From contig NZ_CP034549.1 in NCBI RefSeq assembly GCF_003966335.1, forward strand, positions 2,670,001 to 2,702,000: 32,000 bases of DNA, written 5' to 3'. A program made the translations under genes and the position numbers. The notes under the pieces were generated by a model, which was not told the DNA's origin, searched no databases, and worked only from the letters and a program-made list of their open reading frames with translations. This DNA comes from Nonlabens ponticola (GTDB lineage: Bacteria; Bacteroidota; Bacteroidia; Flavobacteriales; Flavobacteriaceae). Below are positions 18,692-27,567 of this stretch, in pieces (the stretch's first letter is position 1; each line of letters opens with the position of its first letter).

Positions 18692-19912
18692 CTACTCGCC
18701 GTCTACGTAATCCTGGAGATATGAAAAACGATCTGTCAGGGTACCGTTTGCAGTAGTCATTCTAGATCGTTCAAGAATGCCATCTTGATCGCCATTGAAA
18801 AACGCCGGTAGCACATGTTCAAGAAACATTTCACCAAAACCTTCGCTCGCGTCGTGCGGCAATTCACAAGGTAAATTGTCAACCGCCATAACGGCAATTG
18901 CGTTGTCGGCATTAAAATCAACTTCTTTCTCACTAACTGGGTCATATCCATAGAAAGGGTCTGCTATGGTAGAAGGTCGTATGGTGCTGGCTATTGGACC
19001 GTCGATATCACAGCTAACGTCTGCAACAAGTGAGATGTTGAATTTTTCATCACGGGCATCTTCTCTAGTAAAAAAGTACGGTGCGCCATCACCGTAAAAA
19101 TGTCCTGTGATAAGCATATCTCCTACCGCGGCGTACTTCATGAAATCGCTCTCCATTAATTCTGGATTGTTGTAGCATTCCGTTTTTGTAGGTTGGTAGC
19201 CGTCTTTTCTAATCATATAGTCTTCTACATCTAGTTGCGTGAAAACTACTTGCGAGTTTTTAAACTGACCTAACTGTAAAAATTCCTTAGGCTTGATCTC
19301 ATGAATTTGTAGATGCTGCAATATTTCACGTATGCCGTGTGCCACCTTACCAGCACCAGTGGCGATGATATTCATAGGTGGTAGTAAATTCTTTATAGCA
19401 GTAAGCTGTGATTTAAGGGCTGCATAATCGGGCAAATCATCTGCCTTAGGTAATTCATAAAGACCATCTCTTAAGCCTAGTATTCTAAAGGCGTTGTATG
19501 CGCCTACAATACCTGCGTATCTACCAAAGCCTATGAGCCTTGCACCACCAGCGTCGATAATGGTCTCATGGTCATATAGTTCAATCTTTTTGTCTAGTAT
19601 CGCACGCAACAAGTCACGATTGTAGGGCTGTTTTTTAATAGTATGAGAAAAGAAGAAGTATTTTTTTCCTGCTATCAGTGCTTCTGTAGGTACTTCCTTT
19701 ACTCCTATCATGACATCTGCGCTTGAGACATCATCGCTAACCTCTAGTCCAGCAGCTTTATAGGCATCATCGCTGTAGATTCTTATAGGTGATGATTCTA
19801 TGAGGAATTCCGCTTTCGCGAAAGCGTGACTAGCACCAGCCACTTGCATAGGCGTCATGACAACGCGTCTATCTGGTGGGCTTTTTCTTTCGGCAATCAA
19901 GGCAAATTTCAT
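18692..19912 (-). CDS. AlaDH/PNT-family NAD-dependent dehydrogenase (lysine-ketoglutarate reductase / saccharopine dehydrogenase-like)
   Basis: 406 aa. N-terminus MKFALIAERKSPPDRRVVMTP is typical of LKR/SDH-like enzymes of Bacteroidota. Rossmann motif IIATGAGKVAHG. Substrate specificity cannot be read from the sequence. Confidence 0.6.
   Translation of the reverse strand: MKFALIAERKSPPDRRVVMTPMQVAGASHAFAKAEFLIESSPIRIYSDDAYKAAGLEVSDDVSSADVMIGVKEVPTEALIAGKKYFFFSHTIKKQPYNRDLLRAILDKKIELYDHETIIDAGGARLIGFGRYAGIVGAYNAFRILGLRDGLYELPKADDLPDYAALKSQLTAIKNLLPPMNIIATGAGKVAHGIREILQHLQIHEIKPKEFLQLGQFKNSQVVFTQLDVEDYMIRKDGYQPTKTECYNNPELMESDFMKYAAVGDMLITGHFYGDGAPYFFTREDARDEKFNISLVADVSCDIDGPIASTIRPSTIADPFYGYDPVSEKEVDFNADNAIAVMAVDNLPCELPHDASEGFGEMFLEHVLPAFFNGDQDGILERSRMTTANGTLTDRFSYLQDYVDGE
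19812..19825. repeat. Palindrome copy 6 (intragenic): GCTTTCGCGAAAGC
   Basis: Perfect 14-mer inside the dehydrogenase CDS. On the minus strand it is read GCT TTC GCG AAA GCG = AFAKA (codons 30-34, SHAFAKAEF). Confidence 0.9.
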
Positions 19913-20066
19913 AATACAGTTGTCATAAAGTAAGAAAGCAAGATACTAAAATGTACTGCCAACCTGAATAAAGGGAATAACGTAAAATCGATCAGGAAAA
20001 GCATGATAGTTTACAGGCATTAGACGGGCGCATCTTTGTATCATGATAATCACAAAAACATTTATA

Positions 20067-20480
20067 ATGAAAAAATTAATCTTAGTAATCGCAGTAGCAT
20101 TGACAAGTATCATGAGTGCCAGCGCACAGGAATCTATGCATGATAAGGCAGAACATTCTATGAAAAAACATGTTGACATCATTTCACTAGATCAAACACC
20201 TGGCGAGTTTACGGTCAAGCAATTAGAACTGGTTCCTGGAACCTATAAATTTGAGATTAACAATAAAGGAGTCGGTCATGATGTTGGATTCGTGCTAGTC
20301 CCTAAAGGGAAAGACATAAACAATCCAGAAAATCATATCAAGGGAGCTTATGTGACAGCACCAGTAGCCAATAATAGCAGCCAGTCATCAAAAACGGTGA
20401 CGCTTACTGAAGGTGAATACGTATACTTTTGCCCGCTTAACCCTACAGCGACTGACAATACCATCGTGGTGAAGAAATAA
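20067..20480 (+). CDS. Secreted cupredoxin-like protein (tentative)
   Basis: The ATG at 20067 gives MKKLILVIAVALTSIMSASAQ. Beta-sandwich-like pattern (GTYKFEINNKGVGHDVGF ... GEYVYFCPLNP). The His/Met copper ligands normally following the Cys are absent. Confidence 0.4.
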   Translation: MKKLILVIAVALTSIMSASAQESMHDKAEHSMKKHVDIISLDQTPGEFTVKQLELVPGTYKFEINNKGVGHDVGFVLVPKGKDINNPENHIKGAYVTAPVANNSSQSSKTVTLTEGEYVYFCPLNPTATDNTIVVKK

Positions 20481-20618
20481 CGCAAAAATGAGTTAGGGTC
20501 TGTTCCTCGCTCATTGTCGAAGAAGATCTCGTGACATTGTTACGGGATTTTTTTATTTGCAACCAAAGCGCTTTTCTTTTTTGGCACAATTTTTAAGCCT
20601 TACGGGAATAAAGCAAGT

Positions 20619-20626
20619 TATATTTG
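20619..20626 (+). promoter_or_regulatory. Candidate -7 promoter box TATATTTG (TAnnTTTG) upstream of the heptamer arrays and ssrA
   Basis: Exact consensus match about 150 nt upstream of the mature tmRNA 5' end. Function is untested. Confidence 0.25.
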
Positions 20627-20637
20627 TAGTCCAATTT

Positions 20638-20693
20638 TTCAGAGTTCAGAGTTCAGAGTTCAGAGTTCAGAGTTCAGAGTTCAGAGTTCAGAT
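20638..20693. repeat. Heptanucleotide tandem array (TTCAGAG)x7 plus one degenerate unit
   Basis: Seven perfect head-to-tail copies at 20638-20686, followed by TTCAGAT. Confidence 0.95.
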
Positions 20694-20723
20694 TTGGAAT
20701 TTGGAATTTGGAATTTGGAATTT
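20693..20723. repeat. Heptanucleotide tandem array (TTTGGAA)x4 plus a partial unit
   Basis: Four perfect copies at 20693-20720, then TTT. A further isolated GATTGGAATTT lies at about 20746-20756. Confidence 0.95.
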
Positions 20724-20773
20724 AAGATCACGTAAGTGATCGCCAGATTGGAATTTACCGCAATAGCGGTTCT

Positions 20774-21169
20774 GGGGTCGACTGGTTTTGACAGCGAGAC
20801 TGGGTTGATTGTAAGCATGTAGAGCGCTGGGACATAGCTCTTAAATATCATGATTCAACTTTTTTAAACGGCGAGAATAACTACGCCCTAGCAGCATAAT
20901 CTGAATCATAGTAGGATGTGCCTCGGCTTGTAAGACAAGCATGCAGGAATTCTCTCAAAGGCCTTGGTTTATGGCACTTGATATAGAGAATTCGTAAAAA
21001 TAGACCTATCCTCATCAGGTCTTTGATGTTGAGGAGACACTCAATTGAAGATAAGGGATGCGTTGGTGGTTTCTGACCGGCAAGTCCACGAAAACCCAAA
21101 CAGAAACTAAACATGTAGAAAGCGATGAAGTCGCTCGTTTGGACGGCGGTTCGAATCCGCCCGACTCCA
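20774..21169 (+). ncRNA. ssrA: tmRNA (transfer-messenger RNA)
   Basis: 5' GGGGTCG pairs with 3' CGACTCC, including the G3:U wobble (alanine identity). T-arm GGCGGTTCGAATCCGCC. Tag reading frame GGC GAG AAT AAC TAC GCC CTA GCA GCA TAA (20870-20899) = GENNYALAA, the Bacteroidota-type tag. The terminal CCA is not fully encoded (ACAA). Confidence 0.95.
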
Positions 21170-21175
21170 CAACTT

Positions 21176-21217
21176 AAAACCACATTACACTGTAAGTCAG
21201 TATAATGTGGTTTTTTA
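21176..21217 (+). terminator. Rho-independent terminator of ssrA
   Basis: AAAACCACATTA (21176-21187) pairs with TAATGTGGTTTT (21203-21214), followed by a T-run. A second overlapping hairpin is TGTAAGTCA (21191-21199) with TGACTTACA (21221-21229). Confidence 0.8.
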
Positions 21218-21484
21218 TTTTGACTTACACATATCTTATGGATTTGTAAAGATTTAAAATTGTTGATTGAATAATTTGTCTGTAGTATTTTTCGATGATG
21301 CTATTTTCTTTATAATCATATGAAAAATGTGAGAAAGACATATAAATTATATTATGAAAGTTCTCATGAATATTCTTTGACCAAGACCGTCAACATATAA
21401 CCACTTTCGTATTCCATAATCGGTCAGTAGATGCGTTCATATTTTGAAAAGCAACGCGGCGAAAACATGAAAAAGTAATTCTTT

Positions 21485-21928
21485 ATGAATAAATTAAAAA
21501 GTATAGTTCTGTTTCTCCTTATGTGTTTATGCTCATGCAATGGCGAGTCAATCAAAGAGTTGAGCGATGCTCATTATGAAGAAATACGCGATATCCAGCT
21601 AACAGCAGTAGTAACTGATATTGATGATCCATGGCAGCCGTTTCACGGATTTGGCCTGATATCTCTTGAAATCATTGATAGTAACACTGAAATGTATGAT
21701 CCAAGACCACATTTTGATGAATATCTCTTCATACTAAAAAAGGATCAAATGGAGCTCTATCAGTCGCTTTCTTTACTATCGATTGGTGACACAGTTAAAG
21801 TTGATATGCCAAATAAAAAAATAAGATATTTTTTGAATGAATATAATAGGGTTGAAGAATTTACACCACAGCTGTACGATGAGCCATTTTATCATTATTT
21901 CATAGAAAGAGATCTACAAAAGTTATGA
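21485..21928 (+). CDS. Hypothetical lipoprotein
   Basis: 147 aa. Signal peptide with lipobox (LLMCLCSC). No recognisable domain. AT-rich surroundings. Confidence 0.5.
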   Translation: MNKLKSIVLFLLMCLCSCNGESIKELSDAHYEEIRDIQLTAVVTDIDDPWQPFHGFGLISLEIIDSNTEMYDPRPHFDEYLFILKKDQMELYQSLSLLSIGDTVKVDMPNKKIRYFLNEYNRVEEFTPQLYDEPFYHYFIERDLQKL

Positions 21929-22254
21929 ATTAATTTTTTTAAAAAAAAACGAAAAAATGATAGTTGGTACTTGTGAGTACTACCCTAAGTAAAATTCTTA
22001 AATTTCTTAATTGATTTATTCAACATCATAATTATGAAGTTATAATTTTTACCATACAATAGCAGCATATTACTTGCCACTACAAATAATAGCTACAGCT
22101 ATTGAAACACTATTAGGCAATTTTAATAGGTAATTATCTAGCTCGTCTTGTTAGATCCGAACTGTTTTGTAGAATTTTCGAATGCACTTCAATACATATT
22201 TTGATTGACTCGCGTCGGTATTCATTAGTGTAAGAAACTATAAGATATGACTAA

Positions 22255-22268
22255 GTTTTCGCGAAAGC
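22255..22268. repeat. Palindrome copy 7 (one mismatch): GTTTTCGCGAAAGC (+GTAAT)
   Basis: 13/14 match, 19 bp downstream of the stop of the minus-strand T9SS gene. Confidence 0.8.
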
Positions 22269-22286
22269 GTAATAGATACAATTACC

Positions 22287-25076
22287 TCAACGTTTCAAGG
22301 CAAAATGTCCACGTGTCATCTTGTTGTTTGCCGTTGTCAACGTGTACCAATAATCGGTACTAGGTAATGGCTCGCCATTATAGGTTCCATCCCAACCGTT
22401 GCCATTGATCTCTAATTCAACAAGTAATTTACCGTATCGATCATAGAGTAAAAGTTGGCTGCTAGGATCTAGATTTTTGCCGCCGCGTATATTCCATGTA
22501 TCATTATATCCATCACCGTTGGGCGTGAAAAATTGTGGGACACCTATGGTGATCAACTCTTGCTGCTTGTAATAGCAACCTTGTAAATCACGTACGGTAA
22601 CTTCTTGCAGGCCATCATCTGTCTGAATGCGATCAAAAGTGTATTCATAAGCGTTACCGCGACGATCCATGTCAAACCACTCGCCATCTTCCAGACGTAC
22701 TTGATATCGAGATGGTTGATCACCTAGATCTTCTAGTATAATAGTTATCTCATGAGAATCAAGACTAGTCACAAAATCAGATTCAATCTCAAGATCAACC
22801 GGTTGTGAACTTTCTCTTATCAGCGTTTGTGACTGGGTTGAGCAACCGGTTAAGAATGATGTGATATCAACCTTATAGATTCCTAGATCGTTGGTTACCA
22901 GTCTATTTTCTGTAGTTTCTAGTACCTCACGTAGTCCATTATACTCTCGTGTCCATACAAAGTCATAGTCAGCTACTGGCAAGTCCACAGAAATCGTTAC
23001 TGGGTCAGATGCCGTTCCCGTAGCTTTATTGATGCAAACGGAATACTCTTCTGGCAAACTAATTAACGGCATCGTATCCAAGCTAAATGTAATCATCGAT
23101 GTATCATAGCATCGAGTATTCCTATTTGTGATCCTGGTATAGAAGGTGGTTTCTCCTGCCAGGATAGTGGTAGATTCAGGCAATCTATTACGATCACTCA
23201 CGGCGTCATCCATGGTATTATAATAGTCAATCTCAAATCGGGTATGATTTGCATGAAATAGATTATTGTAATCCACAAACTGCAATGTTTCCTCTCCAAC
23301 AATGTCATCACTGTTGTCGCATAAATTGATGATATCAGGTATCAGTGCGGTAGGTGCGTTTTCTACATTTATGGTAATTGAGGCACTGGCACGATCAAAT
23401 CCTGCACTAGCACCTGTATCAATTACTATCACATGATATTCAGTAGTTTCCTCAGGCAAAATCTCAATCGATTGATCAGTCGACAGGATCTCCTCGCTGC
23501 CTACAATATTCCATTGATACGTATAGGTTCCCACAGGCTCATCTGGTTGTGGTTGAGCATTTAAAGTCACTGATTGACTCTCGTTGGCGCATAAGATGTC
23601 ATCACTTGCATCGATGGTTACTTGAATAGGGCAGGCATTGAGAGCAATCTCAAATGATTGCTGAGCCATACAACCGCCACTTGCTGTGCGATCATATGCA
23701 TATAGTATCGTGGGATTTTCAAAATCCTCATTGGTTATTGTAGACCCTATATCATAACGTGTACCACCACCATCTGGCAGCGTATAATAGGCAGCAGCCG
23801 CAGTTATGTTTTCTCCAGTAATTACTGGTAGGACATACGTCTCACAATCCTGAACATCGTCAATCGTATTGATCACAGGAGTCGCATCAATTGATAATTG
23901 AAAGGATTTTTGCGCAAAACATGCACTACCAGATGGATTGTCATATGCGTATAGTCTTGCTGGATAGAAAGGGAATGAATCGTGTGATAGCTCTTCTCCT
24001 ATTTCATATCTATCGCCTTGACCGCCAGGCTCTGTATAATAGGCCTGGTTTCCTGACAAATTATCGCCTTTCAATGCTGGAAGTACATAGGTGTCACATG
24101 CAGCTTGATCCTCAATTTCTTCTAAGGTAGGAAAGTCTGTGGCATTGCTATTTACATTGATGTTGACTTGCTTGACAGTTTCGTTTCCATTGATGTCAGT
24201 CACTGTTACATCAATGATTGTTTTTCCTTGATCGCTACAAGTAAAGGTAGATTGACTTAATGTAATCGTATCAACGGCACAGTTGTCAGTAGGCGTATCT
24301 ATTATAACATCATTTGCATCAATGGTTGCACTATTATCGTCTCCTAGATCTATCTCAATATCTTGAACTTCATAGACAGGCGATTCTACATCGCGCACGA
24401 TGACATTAAAAGTACATTCCGTTTCAGCGCCATTCTCATCAGTAGAAATAAAAGTCACTGGTGTCGTACCTACAGGAAAAAAACAGCCAGATTCTAATCC
24501 AGGTTGTTGTTTTACAGGCGTTGCGATAAATCTAAAGTTATCTATGCTCGCGTCAGCATTGTCACCTTGTTGCTCCCATATCATGGAAGTAATATTTTGC
24601 CACTCAGGAGTATCGGGAAATTCCACTTCACCCGTTTGTTGCGGTATAAAGGTGGCACCGCAGCCCGTAGTAAACTTCATATTGGTAGTACAGGCTATAA
24701 AACGCAACGGTGTAAATGGGTCACCGCCATTATAGGTCCATGTGTTTCCCGTATTGGCATGAATGAGTGCACCCTTGCGATTATCACAAGGAATAGGCCA
24801 CGGCGCATCTATATGACTACCGTCATTACCGTCTAGGCGCATGCCGTTCTCTATATAAGGACTATCAAAAACATTCTCACCGTTAAAAATCATTACAATC
24901 TCCTCGCTAGGGCTAACGTTAGATGTAGCATCAGGAAAATTTACCGTGGCACCGCACTTACCTTCTTCGGCATCGACGATTACATCAGCTGGACAAGTAA
25001 TTATATTTGTTGTTCTTATCACCAGCGATTTGTGCGTGACGGCCATACTATCTCTCGCAATAGATTTTTCAGACAT
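22287..25076 (-). CDS. Large cell-surface protein with T9SS type-B (gliding-motility-associated, CHU_C-like) C-terminal sorting domain, HYR-like and tandem beta-rich domains
   Basis: 929 aa. C-terminus QFFTPNGDGYNDTWNI...GNGWDGTYNGEPLPSTDYWY is the type-B sorting-domain signature. N-terminal CPADVIVDAEEGKCGATVNFPDAT and GCFFPVGTTPVTFISTDENGAETECTFNVIVRD are HYR-like. The true start probably lies upstream (see the finding on 25077-25139). Confidence 0.8.
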   Translation of the reverse strand: MSEKSIARDSMAVTHKSLVIRTTNIITCPADVIVDAEEGKCGATVNFPDATSNVSPSEEIVMIFNGENVFDSPYIENGMRLDGNDGSHIDAPWPIPCDNRKGALIHANTGNTWTYNGGDPFTPLRFIACTTNMKFTTGCGATFIPQQTGEVEFPDTPEWQNITSMIWEQQGDNADASIDNFRFIATPVKQQPGLESGCFFPVGTTPVTFISTDENGAETECTFNVIVRDVESPVYEVQDIEIDLGDDNSATIDANDVIIDTPTDNCAVDTITLSQSTFTCSDQGKTIIDVTVTDINGNETVKQVNINVNSNATDFPTLEEIEDQAACDTYVLPALKGDNLSGNQAYYTEPGGQGDRYEIGEELSHDSFPFYPARLYAYDNPSGSACFAQKSFQLSIDATPVINTIDDVQDCETYVLPVITGENITAAAAYYTLPDGGGTRYDIGSTITNEDFENPTILYAYDRTASGGCMAQQSFEIALNACPIQVTIDASDDILCANESQSVTLNAQPQPDEPVGTYTYQWNIVGSEEILSTDQSIEILPEETTEYHVIVIDTGASAGFDRASASITINVENAPTALIPDIINLCDNSDDIVGEETLQFVDYNNLFHANHTRFEIDYYNTMDDAVSDRNRLPESTTILAGETTFYTRITNRNTRCYDTSMITFSLDTMPLISLPEEYSVCINKATGTASDPVTISVDLPVADYDFVWTREYNGLREVLETTENRLVTNDLGIYKVDITSFLTGCSTQSQTLIRESSQPVDLEIESDFVTSLDSHEITIILEDLGDQPSRYQVRLEDGEWFDMDRRGNAYEYTFDRIQTDDGLQEVTVRDLQGCYYKQQELITIGVPQFFTPNGDGYNDTWNIRGGKNLDPSSQLLLYDRYGKLLVELEINGNGWDGTYNGEPLPSTDYWYTLTTANNKMTRGHFALKR

Positions 25077-25310
25077 CGCATGAGCTGTCAGGGTTAGCGA
25101 GACGAGTAAAACAATTATATTGAGGTAAAGATTCTTCAGGGTACTATTATTCTCAGGTAAATGTGTGTTTCAATACCTCAAACCTACATTTTTTATCCAT
25201 TAAAGTATCAAAACATCGATTAAAAACATACTCATAGTGCATTTCATCGGTGTTTTTACTGTTTTACATAGATCAATGACCTAGAGTGATAATTTGATGT
25301 TTAGAAATTT

Positions 25311-25324
25311 GCTTTCGCGAAAGC
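25311..25324. repeat. Palindrome copy 8: GCTTTCGCGAAAGC (+ATAAT)
   Basis: Perfect 14-mer in the divergent intergenic region between the T9SS gene and the histidine kinase gene. Confidence 0.9.
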
Positions 25325-25639
25325 ATAATCCCTAACGACTTAAAAACGATTGACCATCATTGGATTTAGTTTCAATAACTTGGTTTTCATGAGTTTAAAA
25401 GCGCTTATGACTGGTAGTAGTTCTTAATCACTCGTATTTTAAAAAATCTCTTTTAGAATATTATAAAGAACGCCAGCGTTGATTAATCATTAATTTGCAG
25501 CGCAAAGGGAACTTATGGTGCAAATAAAAAACTATATCGTTGTTTTAAACGTAGATAATTGCAATTGACCGATCACTCTCTGAAATCTTACGAAAGGCTC
25601 ATAGCGTGAACATGCATCTACTCTCTATATAAAGCTTCT

Positions 25640-26953
25640 ATGTTCACTCAAAGAAAACTAAGCAGTGTCTACTGGATATTCTTGATCACCATTATTCTAT
25701 TGGTGCTGGCAAAGGCATTGACTGTACTCTATTATATTGACCGGCAAAAAGATGACGCACGATATGTCAACCTTTCTGGAAGACAACGCATGTTGAGCCA
25801 ACGTATTACTAAACAGCTATTGTATCTCAACCTTAAGGACGATACCGCCGTTTATCCATATAATATGGACAGCCTGCAGATAAGCTTGACCGAATGGAAA
25901 GACGCACAGCAACTATTGGTAAATGAAGCTGCACCACAATATGACAATGAAGAGCTATCTACCCTTCTAGAGAATGCCCTGGTATCCATCAACGATATAG
26001 AAGATGAGGTTCAAAATGTACTAACAAATGAATCTAAAGAAGCTATAAAGAGGGCTACGGTCACCGCATCAAACAGAGAGGTGCGTTTTCTTAAAAATAT
26101 GGATAGCGCCACAAATTTATTTCAACAGGAAGCAGAGTCTAAAACGGCTCAATCTCGCAATGTTGCCTTAATTCTAGCAGTTATAAGCCTTTTAGTTATT
26201 CTTCTAGAATTCATGTTAATAGTGCTTCCATCGTTTAAAGCGCTTTTTGCCAAAAATGCCCAACTAGAGCAAGCTAATAAGCAATTATCAGAATTTGCGC
26301 AGATAACCGCGCATAACTTGCGATCACCCATTGGGAACCTCACATTTTTAAGCAACTTTTATAAGAATGCAGAATCTGACGAAGAGAAGACAGAGTTATT
26401 TGAAAAATTTGATATTGTAATAGGTCACCTAAGTGAGACCATAGATGTGCTCATCGACAGCATCAAAATCAAGGCACATACAAATGTAGAATTCGAAACC
26501 TTATCTTTTGAAAAGACACTAGATCATACCATGCAATTACTGTATGCAGACCTAAAACGAACTAACGCAACTGTAAAAGCTGATTTTTCTAAGGCACCGA
26601 CCATTACATACCACAAAATATATCTTGATAGTATTTTCCTTAACTTGATGACCAATAGTATTAAATATAGAAGTCAAAAAAGAGAACTGATCATTGTTGT
26701 AAGAACAGTTTATCACAAGGATCAAACCGTGATGTATTTTACTGACAATGGCCAAGGTATAGATTTAGATCGCCAGGGCGACAAAATCTTTAATTTAGGA
26801 AAAACCTTTCACCGCAATGCAGACGCCAAAGGTATAGGCTTATTCATGACACGCAACCAGATTCAAGCTTTAGGTGGCAGTATTGATGTGACGAGTAAAC
26901 CCGATGAAGGAACAACATTTATAGCAACTTTTAAAAATCACAATGGAGACTAA
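25640..26953 (+). CDS. Sensor histidine kinase with periplasmic PilJ/NarX-type N-terminal sensing domain
   Basis: 437 aa. Two TM segments bracket a ~150-aa loop that opens with LSGRQRMLSQRITKQ (the type IV pili methyl-accepting transducer N-terminal / nitrate-sensor-like motif). H-box ITAHNLRSPIGNL. HATPase blocks (NLMTNSIKY, DNGQGID, GIGLF). Confidence 0.85.
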   Translation: MFTQRKLSSVYWIFLITIILLVLAKALTVLYYIDRQKDDARYVNLSGRQRMLSQRITKQLLYLNLKDDTAVYPYNMDSLQISLTEWKDAQQLLVNEAAPQYDNEELSTLLENALVSINDIEDEVQNVLTNESKEAIKRATVTASNREVRFLKNMDSATNLFQQEAESKTAQSRNVALILAVISLLVILLEFMLIVLPSFKALFAKNAQLEQANKQLSEFAQITAHNLRSPIGNLTFLSNFYKNAESDEEKTELFEKFDIVIGHLSETIDVLIDSIKIKAHTNVEFETLSFEKTLDHTMQLLYADLKRTNATVKADFSKAPTITYHKIYLDSIFLNLMTNSIKYRSQKRELIIVVRTVYHKDQTVMYFTDNGQGIDLDRQGDKIFNLGKTFHRNADAKGIGLFMTRNQIQALGGSIDVTSKPDEGTTFIATFKNHNGD

Positions 26954-27362
26954 ACCATTTGTAATAAGCCTTATTGACGATGATGAGATCTACCAGTACG
27001 GTTTTAAACGCACCATAAACATTACCAAATTTGCTAAGAAATTACTGATTTTTAGCGATGGTGAACAGGCGATCAATTTTCTCATTGATAACATAGCCAA
27101 TGCTAGTGAATTGCCAGATGTGATTTTTCTAGATATCAACATGCCTATCATGGATGGTTTCCAGTTTATGGAAGAGTACGTGAAAATAAAACCACGAGTA
27201 GGTAAACCGATTACTATTTATATGGTATCATCTTCCATCGATCCTGCAGACATAGAAAGAGCACAAGAGATATCAGACATTTCTGACTACATCATCAAGC
27301 CCATTCAGCTTGAAACGCTAGAAGAAATAATCATAGAGCTTGAAAAAAAATACAATGATTAA
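26943..27362 (+). CDS. Stand-alone response regulator receiver (CheY-like, no output domain)
   Basis: 139 aa. LIDDDE, phospho-acceptor FLDINMPIMDG, YIIKP. Overlaps the kinase gene by 11 nt, which suggests translational coupling. Confidence 0.85.
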   Translation: METKPFVISLIDDDEIYQYGFKRTINITKFAKKLLIFSDGEQAINFLIDNIANASELPDVIFLDINMPIMDGFQFMEEYVKIKPRVGKPITIYMVSSSIDPADIERAQEISDISDYIIKPIQLETLEEIIIELEKKYND

Positions 27363-27567
27363 GCTGTATTAATTGGGATGAACAGTGTCATTGTATTTTC
27401 AGATCTCTTCATTCTCATGAATCAAATGCTCTAGAATCTTACTAGGGTAAATGTTATAATAAATTAAAAGTCAAGGATAACAAGGTCACTAGTTTGTACT
27501 TTGAACAAGTCAAACTGATAGGGGTTTGCAAACTCAAAATAAAAACTAACTGATTAATTCTACCATC

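Noticed and set aside
3633-20066. N-terminal extensions given by the ORF track (GTG 3633, TTG 4886, TTG 11719, ATG 16881, ATG 20043)
   Set aside because: In each case a downstream ATG (3681, 4904, 11722, 16941, 20067) yields a proper signal peptide/lipobox or the conserved N-terminus. The extensions add non-signal residues ahead of it.
20067-20480. Blue-copper (plastocyanin/azurin) function for the cupredoxin-like protein
   Set aside because: After the candidate ligand Cys (YFCPLNP), the usual His and Met ligands are missing. Only a fold-level, low-confidence call is justified.
20536-20566. Terminator after the cupredoxin-like gene (CGTGAC...GTTACGGGATTTTTTT)
   Set aside because: The stem is short and contains a mismatch. 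Only the T-run is convincing, so I left it unannotated.
20557-20739. 60-aa + strand ORF (…FRVQSSEFRVQSSEFRVQIWNLEFGIWNL…)
   Set aside because: Its translation is simply the read-through of the two heptanucleotide tandem arrays, so it is a repeat artefact and not a gene.
20881-21183. 100-aa minus-strand ORF
   Set aside because: It lies entirely antisense to the tmRNA gene (20774-21169). The RNA-gene evidence (acceptor stem with G:U, T-arm, GENNYALAA tag frame) is much stronger.
21170-25139. Genomic island or prophage integrated at ssrA
   Set aside because: No integrase/recombinase gene and no direct repeat of the tmRNA 3' end were found by eye downstream. The only large gene is a typical flavobacterial T9SS surface protein.
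8023-25230. 16-bp exact repeat ATCGATTAAAAACATA at 8023-8038 and 25215-25230, both in upstream regions
   Set aside because: A single AT-rich 16-mer pair in 32 kb of AT-rich DNA is only marginally unexpected (order 0.1-1 by chance). There are no further copies or symmetry, so it is not enough to call a regulatory site.
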